DNA of 64,000 bases from Nemertoderma westbladi (Eukaryota; Animalia; Xenacoelomorpha). The position numbers were made by a program, and so were the translations under genes. Location of the stretch: positions 51,577 to 115,576 of the forward strand of contig JAUCBJ010007649.1 in NCBI GenBank assembly GCA_032718475.1. Direction: 5' to 3'. Shown in pieces: positions 21,520 through 34,700 of the stretch. The notes below the pieces were generated by a model. The model was given only the letters and a program-made list of their open reading frames with translations, did no database searches and was not told the DNA's origin. Position 1 is the stretch's first letter, and every line of letters begins with the position of its first letter.

Positions 21520-22722
21520 ATTGCCCCGTTATTTTTATTATCTTTTACATTAAAATACTCTGTAGTTGATTTAATAGGCGTAAGAGACCGTATTATTGCT
21601 GTATTGGTGTTTTTTAGAGGATCTAAGACCTATTTCCTCCGTATGTGTACTGTGAAAGGCATAGTTGATGATTCTATGGCAATTCCATGACGCAAAGGGT
21701 GATAGCTACTCTTGAACAGTAGTTACTATGACTACGGTTAACAGCTGATATTCATACCTGTTGATATTCTTTGTTCTACGGCGTCTCTCAGTTCAGTCAG
21801 CCAATCAGAGCATTTTTATGGCTCTTGTAGATAAATTTCCTAGAAATCACGTAATGCTTTATGTGCAGTGTTTACATTCAGTCCTGAGCCAGGAGAGAAC
21901 GGCTTGGAAATATTTTGTGCCTTTCTGTTTTTAGCTTAACACTAGTAGGCTTAATTATAAGGACATATATCCGTTATCACACACTGAATCACTGTGCAAC
22001 TCAACTAAACAAACCAAATCTGCATGTACCATACACTGTGCATACTTTATATTGTTATACTGCTATTTACTGTCGGTCCTTCATAATATGGTTGATGAAT
22101 TATTATATTTGGAATAACGATAAATAACCCCGAAACCCAATATTCTTGATATACCGAAGGTAAGAGAGAAAGGTTATATATAACGATTGTGACTTATGTT
22201 AAAGTGGTTTGAAGTGAATCTAATGTTATTTGATAGACCCTACATGAGTCGGTCCGTGTTCCTTTTATATGTGACTAAAATCAGTGAAGATCGGCAGATT
22301 AGTGTGCAGTATTGTGCAGCATTGTGTATGAGTGAGACTGATAACGAAGCATTTCCTAAAGAATGCGCCATATATGTGAATTATAACTAAGCCATATCGT
22401 TGTGAGTAGTTTAAGTCATAACTCTGTTTATATAGATAGAGCGCCACGTCCTAAAGGAACTGTTAATATTCCCCGAAGGTGAATAATATTGTCAGAGATT
22501 ATATAATACTGTCAGTCGAATAATACATTAGGCTTACCTAGCAATAAGATTAAGCCGTCGAACCCAATCTCCCGGGTATATCCAGCGGGTGAATGATCGC
22601 GCACAGATTGGTTTCGACTAGTGTAGTGAATCAAATACTTGTCATAGGCTAAAAGTGATTTATTATCTAAAAGACATCCTAATTTGGCGGGTTAAACTGC
22701 CAAAGGTCTGAAAGCGCGAACA
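21512..22722 (+). repeat. E1 3' LTR lacking the first 10 bp
   Basis: Homology to the 5' LTR starts at TTTGCTGAATTG (equivalent to 4452); no PPT upstream. Confidence 0.93.
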
Positions 22723-25700
22723 ATACCATTAGTTTACTTTGGATAGGAGTAGCGCCCACCCCTACCATCGGGTGTAAACGAGGTATACCATTAGTTTGCT
22801 TTGGATAGGAGTAGCGCCCACCCCTACACTCGGGTGTAAACGAGGCATACCATTAGTTTGCTTTGGATAGGAGTAGCGCCCACCCCTACCCTCGGGTGTA
22901 AACTATCATACCATTAGTTTACTTTGGATAGGAGTAGCGCCCACCCCTACCATCGGGTGTAAACGAGGTATACCATTAGTTTGCTTTGGATAGGAGTAGC
23001 GCCCACCCCTACCATCGGGTGTAAACGAGGTATACCATTAGTTTGCTTTGGATAGGAATAGCGCCCACCCCTACCCTCGGGTGTAAACGAGGCATACCAT
23101 TAGTTTACTTTGGATAGGAGTAGCGCCCACCCCTACCATCGGGTGTAAACGAGGTATACCATTAGTTTGCTTTGGATAGGAGTAGCGCCCACCCCTACCC
23201 TCGGGTGTAAACGAGGAATACCATTAGTTTGTAAACGAGGCATACCATTAGTTTGCTTTGGATAGGAGTAGCGCCCACCCTTACCCTCGGGTGTAAATGA
23301 GGCATACCATTAGTTTGTAAACGAGGCATACCATTAGTTTGTAAACGAGGCATACCATTAGTTTGTAAACGAGGCATACCATTAGTTTGCTTTGGATAGG
23401 AGTAGCGCCCACCCCTACCCTCGGGTGTAAACGAGGCATACCATTAGTTTGTAAACGAGGCATACCATTAGTTTGTAAACGAGGAATACCATTAGTTTGT
23501 AAACGAGGAATACCTTTAGTTTGTAAACGGGGAATACCATTAGTTTAAACGAGGAATACCATTAGTTTGTAAACGAGGAATACCATTAGTTTGTAAACGA
23601 GGAATACCTTTAGTTTATAAACGAGGAATACCATTAGTTTGTAAACGAGGAATACCATTAGTTTGTAAACGAGGAATACCTTTAGTTTGTAAACGAGGAA
23701 TACCATTAGTTTATAAACGAGGAATACAATTAGTTTGTAAACGAGGAATACCATTAGTTTGTAAACGAGGAATACCATTAGTTGGTAAACGAGGAATACC
23801 ATTAGTTTGTAAACGAGGAATACCTTTAGTTTGTAAACGAGGAATACCATTAGTTTGTAAACGAGGAATACCATTAGTTTGTAAACGAGGAATACCTTTA
23901 GTTTGTAAACGAGGAATACCATTAGTTTATAAACGAGGAATACCATTAGTTTGTAAACGAGGAATACCTTTAGTTTGTAAACGAGGAATACCATTAGTTT
24001 ATAAACGAGGAATACCATTAGTTTGTAAACGAGGCATACCTTTAGTTTGTAAACGAGGAATACCATTAGTTTGTAAACGAGGAATACCGTTAGTTTGTAA
24101 ACGAGGTATACCATTAGTTTGTAAGCGAGGAATACCATTAGTTTGTAAACGAGGAATACCATTAGTTTGTAAACGAGGCATACCATTAGTTTGTAAACGA
24201 GGAATACCATTAGTTTGTAAACGAGGCATACCATTAGTTTACTTTGGATAGGAGTAGCGCCCACCCCTACCCTCGGGTGTAAACGAGGCATACCATTAGT
24301 TTGTAAACGAGGCATACCATTAGTTTGTAAACGAGGAATACCATTAGTTTATAAACGAGGAATACCATTTGTTTATAAACGAGGAATACCATTTAGTTTG
24401 TAAACGAGGCATACCTTTAGTTTGTAAACGATGAATACCATTAGTTTGTAAACGAGGAATACCATTAGTTTGTAAACGAGGTATACCTTTAGTTTGTAAG
24501 CGAGGAATACCATTAGTTTGTAAAGGAGGAATACCATTAGTTTGTAAACGAGGCATACCATTAGTTTGTGAACGAGGCATACCATTAGTTTGTAAACGAG
24601 GAATACCATTAGTTTGTAAACGAGGCATACCATTAGTTTGTAAACGAGGAATACCATTAGTTTGTAAGCGAGGAATACCATTAGTTTGTAAACGAGGAAT
24701 ACCATTAGTTTGTAAACGAGGAATGCCATTAGTTTGTAAACGAGGAATACCTTTAGTTTGTAAACGAGGAATACCATTAGTTTATAAACGAGGAATACCA
24801 TTAGTTTATAAACGAGGAATACCATTTAGTTTGTAAACGAGGCATACCTTTAGTTTGTAAACGATGAATACCATTAGTTTGTAAACGAGGAATACCATTA
24901 GTTTCTAAACGAGGTATACCATTAGTTTGTAAGCGAGGAATACCATTAGTTTGTAAACGAGGAATACCATTAGTTTGTAAGCGAGGAATACCATTAGTTT
25001 GTAAACGTGGAATACCATTAGTTTGTAAACGAGGTATACCATTAGTTTGTAAACGAGGAATACCTTTAGTTTGTAAACGAGGAATACCATTAGTTTATAA
25101 ACGAGGAATACCATTAGTTTATAAACGAGGAATACCATTTAGTTTGTAAACGAGGCATACCTTTAGTTTGTAAACGATGAATACCATTAGTTTGTAAACG
25201 AGGCATACCATTAGTTTGTAAACGAGGCATACCTTTAGTTTGTAAACGAGGAATACCATTAGTTTGTAAACGAGGAATACCATTAGTTTGTAAACGAGGC
25301 ATACCATTAGTTTGTAAACGAGGAATACCTTTAGTTTGTAAACGAGGAATACCATTAGTTTGTAAACGAGGAATACCATTAGTTTGTAAACGAGGCATAC
25401 CATTAGTTTGCTTTGGATAGGAGTAGCGCCCACCCCAACCCTCGGGTGTAAACGATGCATACCATTAGTTTGTAAACGAGGCATACCATTAGTTTGCTTT
25501 GGATAGGAGTAGCGCCCACCCCTACCCTCGGGTGTAAACGATGCATACCATTAGTTTGTAAACGAGGCATACCATTAGTTTGCTTTGGATAGGAGTAGCG
25601 CCCACCCCTACCCTCGGGTGTAAACGAGGCATACCATTAGTTTGTAAACGAGGAATACCATTAGTTTGTAAACGAGGCATACCATTAGTTTGCTTTGGAT

Positions 25701-28527
25701 AGGAGTAGCGCCCACCCCGACCCTCGGGTGTAAACGAGGCATACCATTAGTTTGTAAACAAGGCATACCATTAGTTTGCTTTGGATAGGAGTAGCGCCCA
25801 CCCCTGCCCTCGGGTGTAAACGAGGCATACCATTAGTTTGTAAACGAGGCATACCATTAGTTTGTAAACGAGGCATACCATTAGTTTGCTTTGGATAGGA
25901 GTAGCGCCCACCCCTACCCTCGGGTGTAAACGAGGCATACCATTAGTTTGAAAACGAGGCATACCATTAGTTTGTAAACGAGGCATACCATTAATTTGCT
26001 TTGGATAGGAGTAGCGCACACCCCTACACTCGGGTGTAAACGATGCATACCATTAGTTTGCTTTGGATAGGAGTAGCGCCCACCCCTACACTCGGGTGTA
26101 AACGATGCATGCCATTAGTTTGCTTTGGATAGGAGTAGCGCCCACCCTTACCCTCGGGTGTAAACTATCATACCATTAGTTTGCTTTGGATAGGAGTAGC
26201 GCCCACCCCTTCACTCGGGTGTAAACGATGCATACCATTAGTTTGCTTTGGATAGGAGTAGCGCCCACCCCTACCCTCGGGTGTAAACGATCATACCATT
26301 AGTTTGCTTTGGATAGGAGTAGCGCCCACCCCTACACTCGGGTGTAAACGAGGCATACCATTAGTTTGCTTTGGATAGGAGTAGCGCCCACCCCTACCCT
26401 CGGGTGTAAACTATCATACCATTAGTTTACTTTGGATTGGAGTAGCGCCCACCCCTACCCTCGGGTGTAAACGAGGCATACCATTAGTTTACTTTGGATA
26501 GGAGTAGCGCCCACCCCTACCATCGGGTGTAAACGAGGTATACCATTAGTTTGCTTTGGATAGGAGTAGCGCCCACCCCAACCCTCGGGTGTAAACGAGG
26601 CATACCATTAGTTTGTAAACGAGGCATACCATTAGTTTGCTTTGGATAGGAGTAGCGCCCACCCTTACCCTCGGGTGTAAATGAGGCATACCATTAGTTT
26701 GTAAACGAGGCATACCATTAGTTTGTAAACGAGGCATACCATTAGTTTGCTTTGGATAGGAGTAGCGCCCACCCCTACCCTCGGGTGTAAACGAGGCATA
26801 CCATTAGTTTGTAAACGAGGCATACCTTTAGTTTGTAAACGAGGAATACCATTAGTTTGTAAACGAGGAATACCGTTAGTTTGTAAACGAGGTATACCAT
26901 TAGTTTGTAAGCGAGGAATACCATTAGTTTGTAAACGAGGAATACCATTAGTTTGTAAACGAGGCATACCATTAGTTTGTAAACGAGGAATACCATTAGT
27001 TTGTAAACGAGGCATACCATTAGTTTACTTTGGATAGGAGTAGCGCCCACCCCTACCCTCGGGTGTAAACGAGGCATACCATTAGTTTGTAAACGAGGCA
27101 TACCATTAGTTTGTAAACGAGGAATACCATTAGTTTATAAACGAGGAATACCATTTGTTTATAAACGAGGAATACCATTTAGTTTGTAAACGAGGCATAC
27201 CTTTAGTTTGTAAACGATGAATACCATTAGTTTGTAAACGAGGAATACCATTAGTTTGTAAACGAGGTATACCTTTAGTTTGTAAGCGAGGAATACCATT
27301 AGTTTGTAAACGAGGAATACCATTAGTTTGTAAACGAGGCATACCATTAGTTTGTAAACGAGGCATACCATTAGTTTGTAAACGAGGAATACCATTAGTT
27401 TGTAAACGAGGCATACCATTAGTTTGTAAACGAGGAATACCATTAGTTTGTAAGCGAGGAATACCATTAGTTTGTAAACGAGGAATACCATTAGTTTGTA
27501 AACGAGGAATGCCATTAGTTTGTAAACGAGGAATACCTTTAGTTTGTAAACGAGGAATACCATTAGTTTATAAACGAGGAATACCATTAGTTTATAAACG
27601 AGGAATACCATTTAGTTTGTAAACGAGGCATACCTTTAGTTTGTAAACGATGAATACCATTAGTTTGTAAACGAGGAATACCATTAGTTTCTAAACGAGG
27701 TATACCATTAGTTTGTAAGCGAGGAATACCATTAGTTTGTAAACGAGGAATACCATTAGTTTGTAAGCGAGGAATACCATTAGTTTGTAAACGAGGAATA
27801 CCATTAGTTTGTAAACGAGGTATACCATTAGTTTGTAAACGAGGAATACCTTTAGTTTGTAAACGAGGAATACCATTAGTTTATAAACGAGGAATACCAT
27901 TAGTTTATAAACGAGGAATACCATTTAGTTTGTAAACGAGGCATACGTTTAGTTTGTAAACGATGAATACCATTAGTTTGTAAACGAGGCATACCATTAG
28001 TTTGTAAACGAGGCATACCTTTAGTTTGTAAACGAGGAATACCATTAGTTTGTAAACGAGGAATACCATTAGTTTGTAAACGAGGCATACCATTAGTTTG
28101 TAAACGAGGAATACCTTTAGTTTGTAAACGAGGAATACCATTAGTTTGTAAACGAGGAATACCATTAGTTTGTAAACGAGGCATACCATTAGTTTGATTT
28201 GGATAGGAGTAGCGCCCACCCCAACCCTCGGGTGTAAACGATGCATACCATTAGTTTGTAAACGAGGCATACCATTAGTTTGCTTTGGATAGGAGTAGCG
28301 CCCACCCCTACCCTCGGGTGTAAACGATGCATACCATTAGTTTGTAAACGAGGCATACCATTAGTTTGCTTTGGATAGGAGTAGCGCCCACCCCTACCCT
28401 CGGGTGTAAACGAGGCATACCATTAGTTTGTAAACGAGGAATACCATTAGTTTGTAAACGAGGCATACCATTAGTTTGCTTTGGATAGGAGTAGCGCCCA
28501 CCCCGACCCTCGGGTGTAAACGAGGCA
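22723..28527. repeat. Continuation of the 24/62-bp satellite with a higher-order repeat of about 2786 bp
   Basis: Same units; variant patterns recur at +2786 (24241/27027, 25114/27900). Confidence 0.97.
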
Positions 28528-28670
28528 TGATGAATTATTTCACTATAAGGTAGCATTTGTAGTTTAACTTTAACGTAAAAACTTTTGAAAATCCGACGTA
28601 TTTTGATTAAGTTACAGTAATGTAATATGCCTATTTATATTTGTACACATAAAACCCTTAGGTACTCTCG

Positions 28671-28740
28671 TGGCGTAGTGGTCAGATGGTTAAGGCGTTG
28701 GTTACATTACGTAGGTTACGAGTTCGAATCCCAGTCGGGA
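28671..28740 (+). other. tRNA-derived sequence with Pol III A and B boxes inside the E2 LTR (second copy 54787-54856)
   Basis: TGGTCAGATGGTTAAGGCG resembles the Ser/Leu tRNA D-arm; B-box GTTCGAATCCC; T-run at about 28749; no clean cloverleaf. Confidence 0.6.
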
Positions 28741-28787
28741 AATTTGTATTTTGGGGCCATTTATTTTCGTTTAGGTGCTAATTGGTA

Positions 28788-29056
28788 GGCCAATGAGAAG
28801 CGTACAACGTAGCGGATAATGAGCCAGGCCAATCATAGGGCATAAATTACCTTATTGCTCAAATGTGAGGCAGTGGAAAATTCTGTTAGGATTCCATGTC
28901 CCAGATTAGTGTAAGGGCCGGACTGCGTTGAACGATGAGCTGGGCCAATCATAGGGCACGAAACACTTTATTGCTCAATTGTGAAGCTGTGGAAATTTCT
29001 GTTTAGTTTCCATGTGCAATTTCTAGTATAAAAGGCCGGTTTGCCTTCGGTTATCA
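28788..29056 (+). promoter_or_regulatory. E2 LTR Pol II promoter: three GGCCAAT boxes, TATAAAA (29027-29033), predicted start at about 29056
   Basis: CCAAT boxes near 28790, 28829 and 28945; a TCA initiator-like site 29 nt after TATA. Confidence 0.7.
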
Positions 29057-30807
29057 TGTTACACACACTTCCGTTGTAATTTCTCATAACGTTACTCTAT
29101 CAGTTTATTCTTGTAAAATTAGTTAATTCGGTTTCTTGTTGAAACTTACTTTGATAAATCCTTTGTAAAACTGTAAATATACTGCAATTTCCTGACATGT
29201 TTTCTTTTGGTCCGACTTCGGGACAGCCGAACACCAGGGAGATGGCAGCCTAGACCGTTAGGCCGTAAGCAACGCAGGGAAGAGATGTCCACAACACGCT
29301 AGCGCCCACATTGGATTGACCGCGCACCCCCTTTGCCCTTCGAAATGCTCAACTTGCCATGCAGCGCCCGTTTTGTGAGAAGGTAAGACTTTGTTCGACG
29401 CCCTTGCCCGCCGTAAGACCTATAGATCAGGGTAAGCGTGACACCGCACTGGACGCCGCAAATTTAGGATCAAATAATTATATCCAGACACCCCCCCCCT
29501 TCTTGTCAGTCCTACGAACCCCTGGGTTAACCTGTACTTCCTACAGGTGCGAACTATTGCCATTCGTCAGTACGCGAGTACACATTAGGCACGGACAGCA
29601 TACGTTCCATAATTTAGTGATTCCTAGCACTGACTGTTTGGTACCGGTTCGCTTTGTAGAACGTACATTAGTACCCCCCCCCCCCTCCTGTCTGGAGTTA
29701 GCTATTTGATCAGGCAAGGAGCATTTCTGCTACCGGCACACTGCTTGGCCTAGGGAGGTTTATTAATATCCTACCGCGCCTTGCCACGTACTGATAGGTA
29801 TTGCTGCTAACTACCGCAGCAACAAAGTTCTAGAATTAAATTAGTATACCAGATCAGCTAACGTACGGTAGCGATTAACCCCTATTCTTATCTTACAACC
29901 AGAATCTGGTATTAGTGCCGATCACGGGTGTAGTTACTAACACTGTGGTTGCCCATTGGGTTGTGGATAGGAAGGAGAGAGCTTTGACGTCATTCGTGAG
30001 TATAAAGTTCTACAAACGCGACTAGTTTATTTTAGTAGCTAGCGCACGGTATCATTTTAGTCAGAAAATCACTAAAACCTAGTAAAAGGAATTACTCGAA
30101 ATTGTTTTATTTGTAACACACCCACACACACACGCCCTAAAACATATTGCCCTTAAAGTTCTACTAGCTATAGCGTACTATACATTACTTTAGGTGGAAA
30201 TTATCTGTATTTGTATAATTAGGATCTGATTTAGTTGCGGCAAAATAAGGAGTATTTCACTTTCGTTATTAAACTGTTGTTTGTCTGGACAACGGTATTG
30301 TTACATTTAGGCCTGACCTTTTAGACTGATTTCGTACAGGGGGATCAGTTATTGTTACATTTAGGTACGACCCCTTTTCGACTGATTTAGGACTGTCAGT
30401 GTTGTTACGCTAGGTCTGTTAACCCACTAGCTCGTATATAACCCATATAAATCACACCGCGGCAAGTTACTGTATTTAGGACTGTCAGTGATAGTTAGGA
30501 TTCGCTGCGCGGGGATTGTTTTCCCGTGAGTTTGGTCTGTTACGGTAACTGTACATCTGCCTCACCGGTTAGAGGACAGGTATCCTTCTGTCTAGTACGT
30601 AGGCATTCGACCCGCTCACGTACATAGAATAGATACAAGGCTCTGTTCCTCGCCAGTAGTCGTTTGTGTACTATATCTGTTTGTTTAGATATCCTGGACT
30701 GGGATTTGTTGTCAGATACTGTACAAGCCCGTATACATTACTAGAGTCTCATAGTAAGATACATCGTTACTAGGATCTGGTAAGCGGTATACTACTGGAC
30801 CCTTACA

Positions 30808-30817
30808 GTAGGAAGTA
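30808..30817 (+). promoter_or_regulatory. E2 non-tRNA primer-binding site candidate (GTAGGAAGTA)
   Basis: Directly follows the LTR; exact reverse complement of LTR 29535-29544 (TACTTCCTAC). Confidence 0.62.
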
Positions 30818-31769
30818 TTTTATATAAATTAGTATATAGTGCTTCTATCATAGTGTATAGTATTCCTACTACAGTAGGAAGTATATTTTCCTTTAGTTTC
30901 GATTGTTAGCTATTGAAAGTAGGAGATATTTAAAATTTAAGGTTAGTAAATTTAGTAATTTAGAACGTCCCCTGCTTCAGTAGGCTTTTAGGGTAGCTAG
31001 TACTTTCGTATTTAATATTTGACTAGCTAACAGTTAGTTTGTAGCACTTTGTTTTACGCCGTGTGTGTGCGGTGTTACTTTTCGGTACTTGAAAAGGTAC
31101 ATAGGGTTTAAAGACCAATTTGTATCGGTACCTAGGAAGAATTTTCGTAAGCGTAGAAGTAAAACTCTCACCTTCGACCTTTTCAGGACTCAAGGACTCA
31201 TTTCTGGACCGCTTCGAGGATTAGACCGCTTTTCGCAAAGTTTGGGAGACAATAAATTCGTCCGCGCCGCCGAAAAACGGAAAGACCCACGTCCGGTTTG
31301 TATTTGGGAATTTGTACGACTGGAAGATCAAAGGAACGTAAGTTTTACGACTCGCGTCGTTCAAACTTAAGAAAGCACAGTAGTACTCAAAATTTGTGGG
31401 TTTCACTGTCTATTAGTAGTGTTGTTGGTACATATTTTCCCTTTAGACGTTGCTGTTTGGCCTATTGTTTTACTTGTTGATCTATATTTTGTTAACGTAT
31501 ACCGTTATCTCACTTATTCGTACAAATTTAGCCGGTAGGCTAGATTACTACTTATTTTATTATATACCTTGTTAGTTTTATTTGTACCGGTTAGGGTATA
31601 TATATGATATATATATATATCAAGGTAAGTTTGACATTTGTGCATTTCGACATTTTGACATTTCGACATTCTGACTTGTTGATTTATTTGTACCGGTTAG
31701 GTAAGTTTGACACTTCAACATTCAGACACTTGACATTTTATTACCCGTACTTGACGTATATAATAAGAC

Positions 31770-34700
31770 ATGAGTGACACACCCCATTCGACGAGATACC
31801 CACCTACCGACTATGACTCGTGCGACCCGGACAGATCGACAGTAGACGAACCGAGAAGGAGAACCCGAGATTCCACCGATGTCACACCGCTTGCGTCGCC
31901 GGTACCCCGAACGGAAATACCGGAAGCCGCAACGCGTGGCGACGGCAGAATTGAAGATTTCCTTACCGTCCCGCAGACTAGATCGCGGGAACCGGACATG
32001 GTAAGTTCGACTGGAAGCCAGGAGAACGTTATTAGAAGTATAGGAGGACACATGGCCCAGATTACTCGGAACCTCGGAGAAGGTTTTCGCGTTTTACGCG
32101 AGTTAACCGCCCCGATGTCGAGATACGAGTTCTACACCTTACAGGTAAGGATAGAAAGTAGGGTACATGCCTCCGTAGATAAACTTAAAGGTTTGCACGA
32201 ACTTGCAGAGTTGCGTGGCGACAACTTTACTCAGGTAAAGATAGTGGATAAATTGGTAAGTGCGAGAGAAAGCCTTATCCAGTTTAAGTCGGTAATAAGC
32301 TTGGCTCAACAGGAGCAGTTCGACCAACTGCTAGGTGAGTCAGTTTCGGACGCGTTGTTACAACCCGAAGAGGAAGAAGAACTCTACTGCCTGGACGGAA
32401 GGTTGGAAACGCTGACCAATTTTCTTCGTAGATGCGGCGTACCGATCGACGAACCGGAAGTCGAACCGCGAGGGACGACGGAAGTTCTCACTACGGAAGG
32501 CTCGCGAGCCTACCAACATCCACCACTGGATAGATCGTTCGTTAGCGTACGGAGCGACGTTGGCAACGTTGGCGACGTTAGTAGAACAGCGTCTGGAATT
32601 ACTCGACAACAACAGGAGGTTGCACGCCGACAACAAGTCGCCGAGGAAGAAGCGCGACACCAGATGGCACAGATCGCCATCGAAGGAGAGAAACAACGTA
32701 GAGAAGACGAGGCAAGAATTGCACAACTCAAGGCGCAAGCTGAATTCGAAGCATCAGAAATGCGCAGACTGGAGGAGGACTTAGCGCGAGAAGCGGCCGC
32801 GGCGGCAGCAGCTGACGAGTTAGCACGGAAGAAAGCAGCATCCGACGCTCGTGCCAAGTTGGAGGCGCGGCAAATAAACGCTCGATTAGCTATACAGGAA
32901 GCGGAATTAGCGGCACAACAACAGGACGCAGATCGACGCGAAAGGGAGATGCAACTACAGTTCGAATTGAATCGTAGATCGCGCGAGACAGCGAACGCGC
33001 AAGCGGACCTCGAACTCGACGCGAGAGATAGATCTATGAGATCGCGGACTGGACACGACTTGTCTGCCCTGGATCGTATGGAAGCTCGATATCGCGGAAT
33101 ACAGAAGCGGATCGAGGAAGGAAGCGTGGGAGCGATAGATCGAGGAGAGGAGTTCGTCGAGGATTACTGTAAACGTTTTCCCCAAGTTATTCCTATGCTC
33201 AAACCCACGACTCCGATAAAACCGGTCTTCGTTACGAAACCTAAGGAAATAACGCCTGTGCGTTCGACGCAAGGCAACAGGTTTGTTGTGACGGAAATAC
33301 CGCAACCTAGGGCGACTTCATCGCCAATTTTAGCAGGTAACATAACTAGTCCACCTACAGTAAGTCGTAGTCTACTTGTAGGAAGAGAGGAACCTGCGTT
33401 TATGACCATTAAACAGGTGAGTAAACCATTACAAGTTAAACCTGTGACGTGCTGTGCAAATCCAGTTATTTACAGACCGACTACGAAACCCGACTATTTC
33501 ACTCGACCGTTGACACAATGTTCGACGCAACCTACGACTTCGTGGAAGGCTTGCGAGCCTACCGAACTACGAAGGAGGATGGATGTGGGTAGTACTCACG
33601 GGATCGGACAACGTATAGCGAGACCTACGACTTCGTGGAAGGCTTGCGAGCCTACCGAACAACGGAGAGCCGTAGATTCCGGACCACAACGGACGAGACC
33701 CAGGATAATACGCCGGACGCGAACCCGCCAACCACCTTATCCGGACGACAGCGATTCATCCAGTGACTCGGAGTCGACGGAACGGGAAATATTCCGTACT
33801 GGAGCGGCAGCGGCAGCGGATTACAAACAGGAGGAACGATCGACGAACCCATACATCGACAATCCACCTCGAGAAACACCCCAACAGAAACCCACGTTGC
33901 AACCAGCGGAAGCGATCAGCACCAACAGACTCGCCGAAATAATGCGACCTGTAGCGGACCGACTAGCTCAGATAGAAGAGCGACTCGAAGCGCAACCGTC
34001 GGATCGATCACGAACCAGCGTGGAGTTGGAACAACCTAGACAACATCGACCACCGAGGAGAGAACAGGAGACTAGACGGACTCCGACACATCGAGAGGAA
34101 GATCCCGTTAATAATTCCTACCGACGAACAACGCGCGGAAGGGAGCGACTGGACGACGCCACCGAACAGGGACGCGGACAGTTGGATTTAGTTAGCGAGA
34201 TTGCGAAATTCGCGGCTAGACACGGATTACCGGCACAGCAACCGCCGAAGTTCTCTGGCAACGCGAAACACTGGCGCACACTGGTAGACTACGTAGAGTC
34301 CCAGATCGCTAAGTGTGCTTTCACCTCGACGGAGAAGTTTAACTACTTGCTCCAAGTCCTGTCTGGTGAGCCGAAACGATTAGCGGAAACCTTTATTGGT
34401 GTTCCCGATGCCTTTGAGTTGGCGTACGACCGTTTGTATTCGATTTACGGCGGTAACGTCGCCATGGCTAAATCCATCATTGAAGACCTCTGCAGAGGAG
34501 GCAACATTTCGAGACCGATCGACCTTTTACGACTCGCGGACGAAATAAAGAACGCTATAGGGACTTTACGGTCCATTGGACAACTCGAGTACGCTAACGC
34601 ACCGACGGTTCTCATTCGAATAATCGGTCGACTTCACCATCGACTACGACGAGAATGGCGACGCATCGAGTACCAACGCGAAGAGGCCGGAGGGTTATTA

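Larger units (their letters stand above)
4442..22722 (+). mobile_element. BEL/Pao LTR retrotransposon E1 (about 18.3 kb) with an extra downstream ORF
   Basis: TGT...ACA termini; 5-bp TSD ATACC (4437-4441 and 22723-22727); two 1.2-kb LTRs; gag-PR-RT-RH-IN order with BEL-type motifs. Confidence 0.96.
28528..30807 (+). repeat. E2 5' LTR (2280 bp)
   Basis: TGATGAATT...CCCTTACA; direct repeat of 54644-56922. Confidence 0.96.

Noticed and set aside
28671-28740. Functional tRNA gene
   Set aside because: Acceptor and anticodon stems do not pair convincingly; kept only as tRNA-derived.
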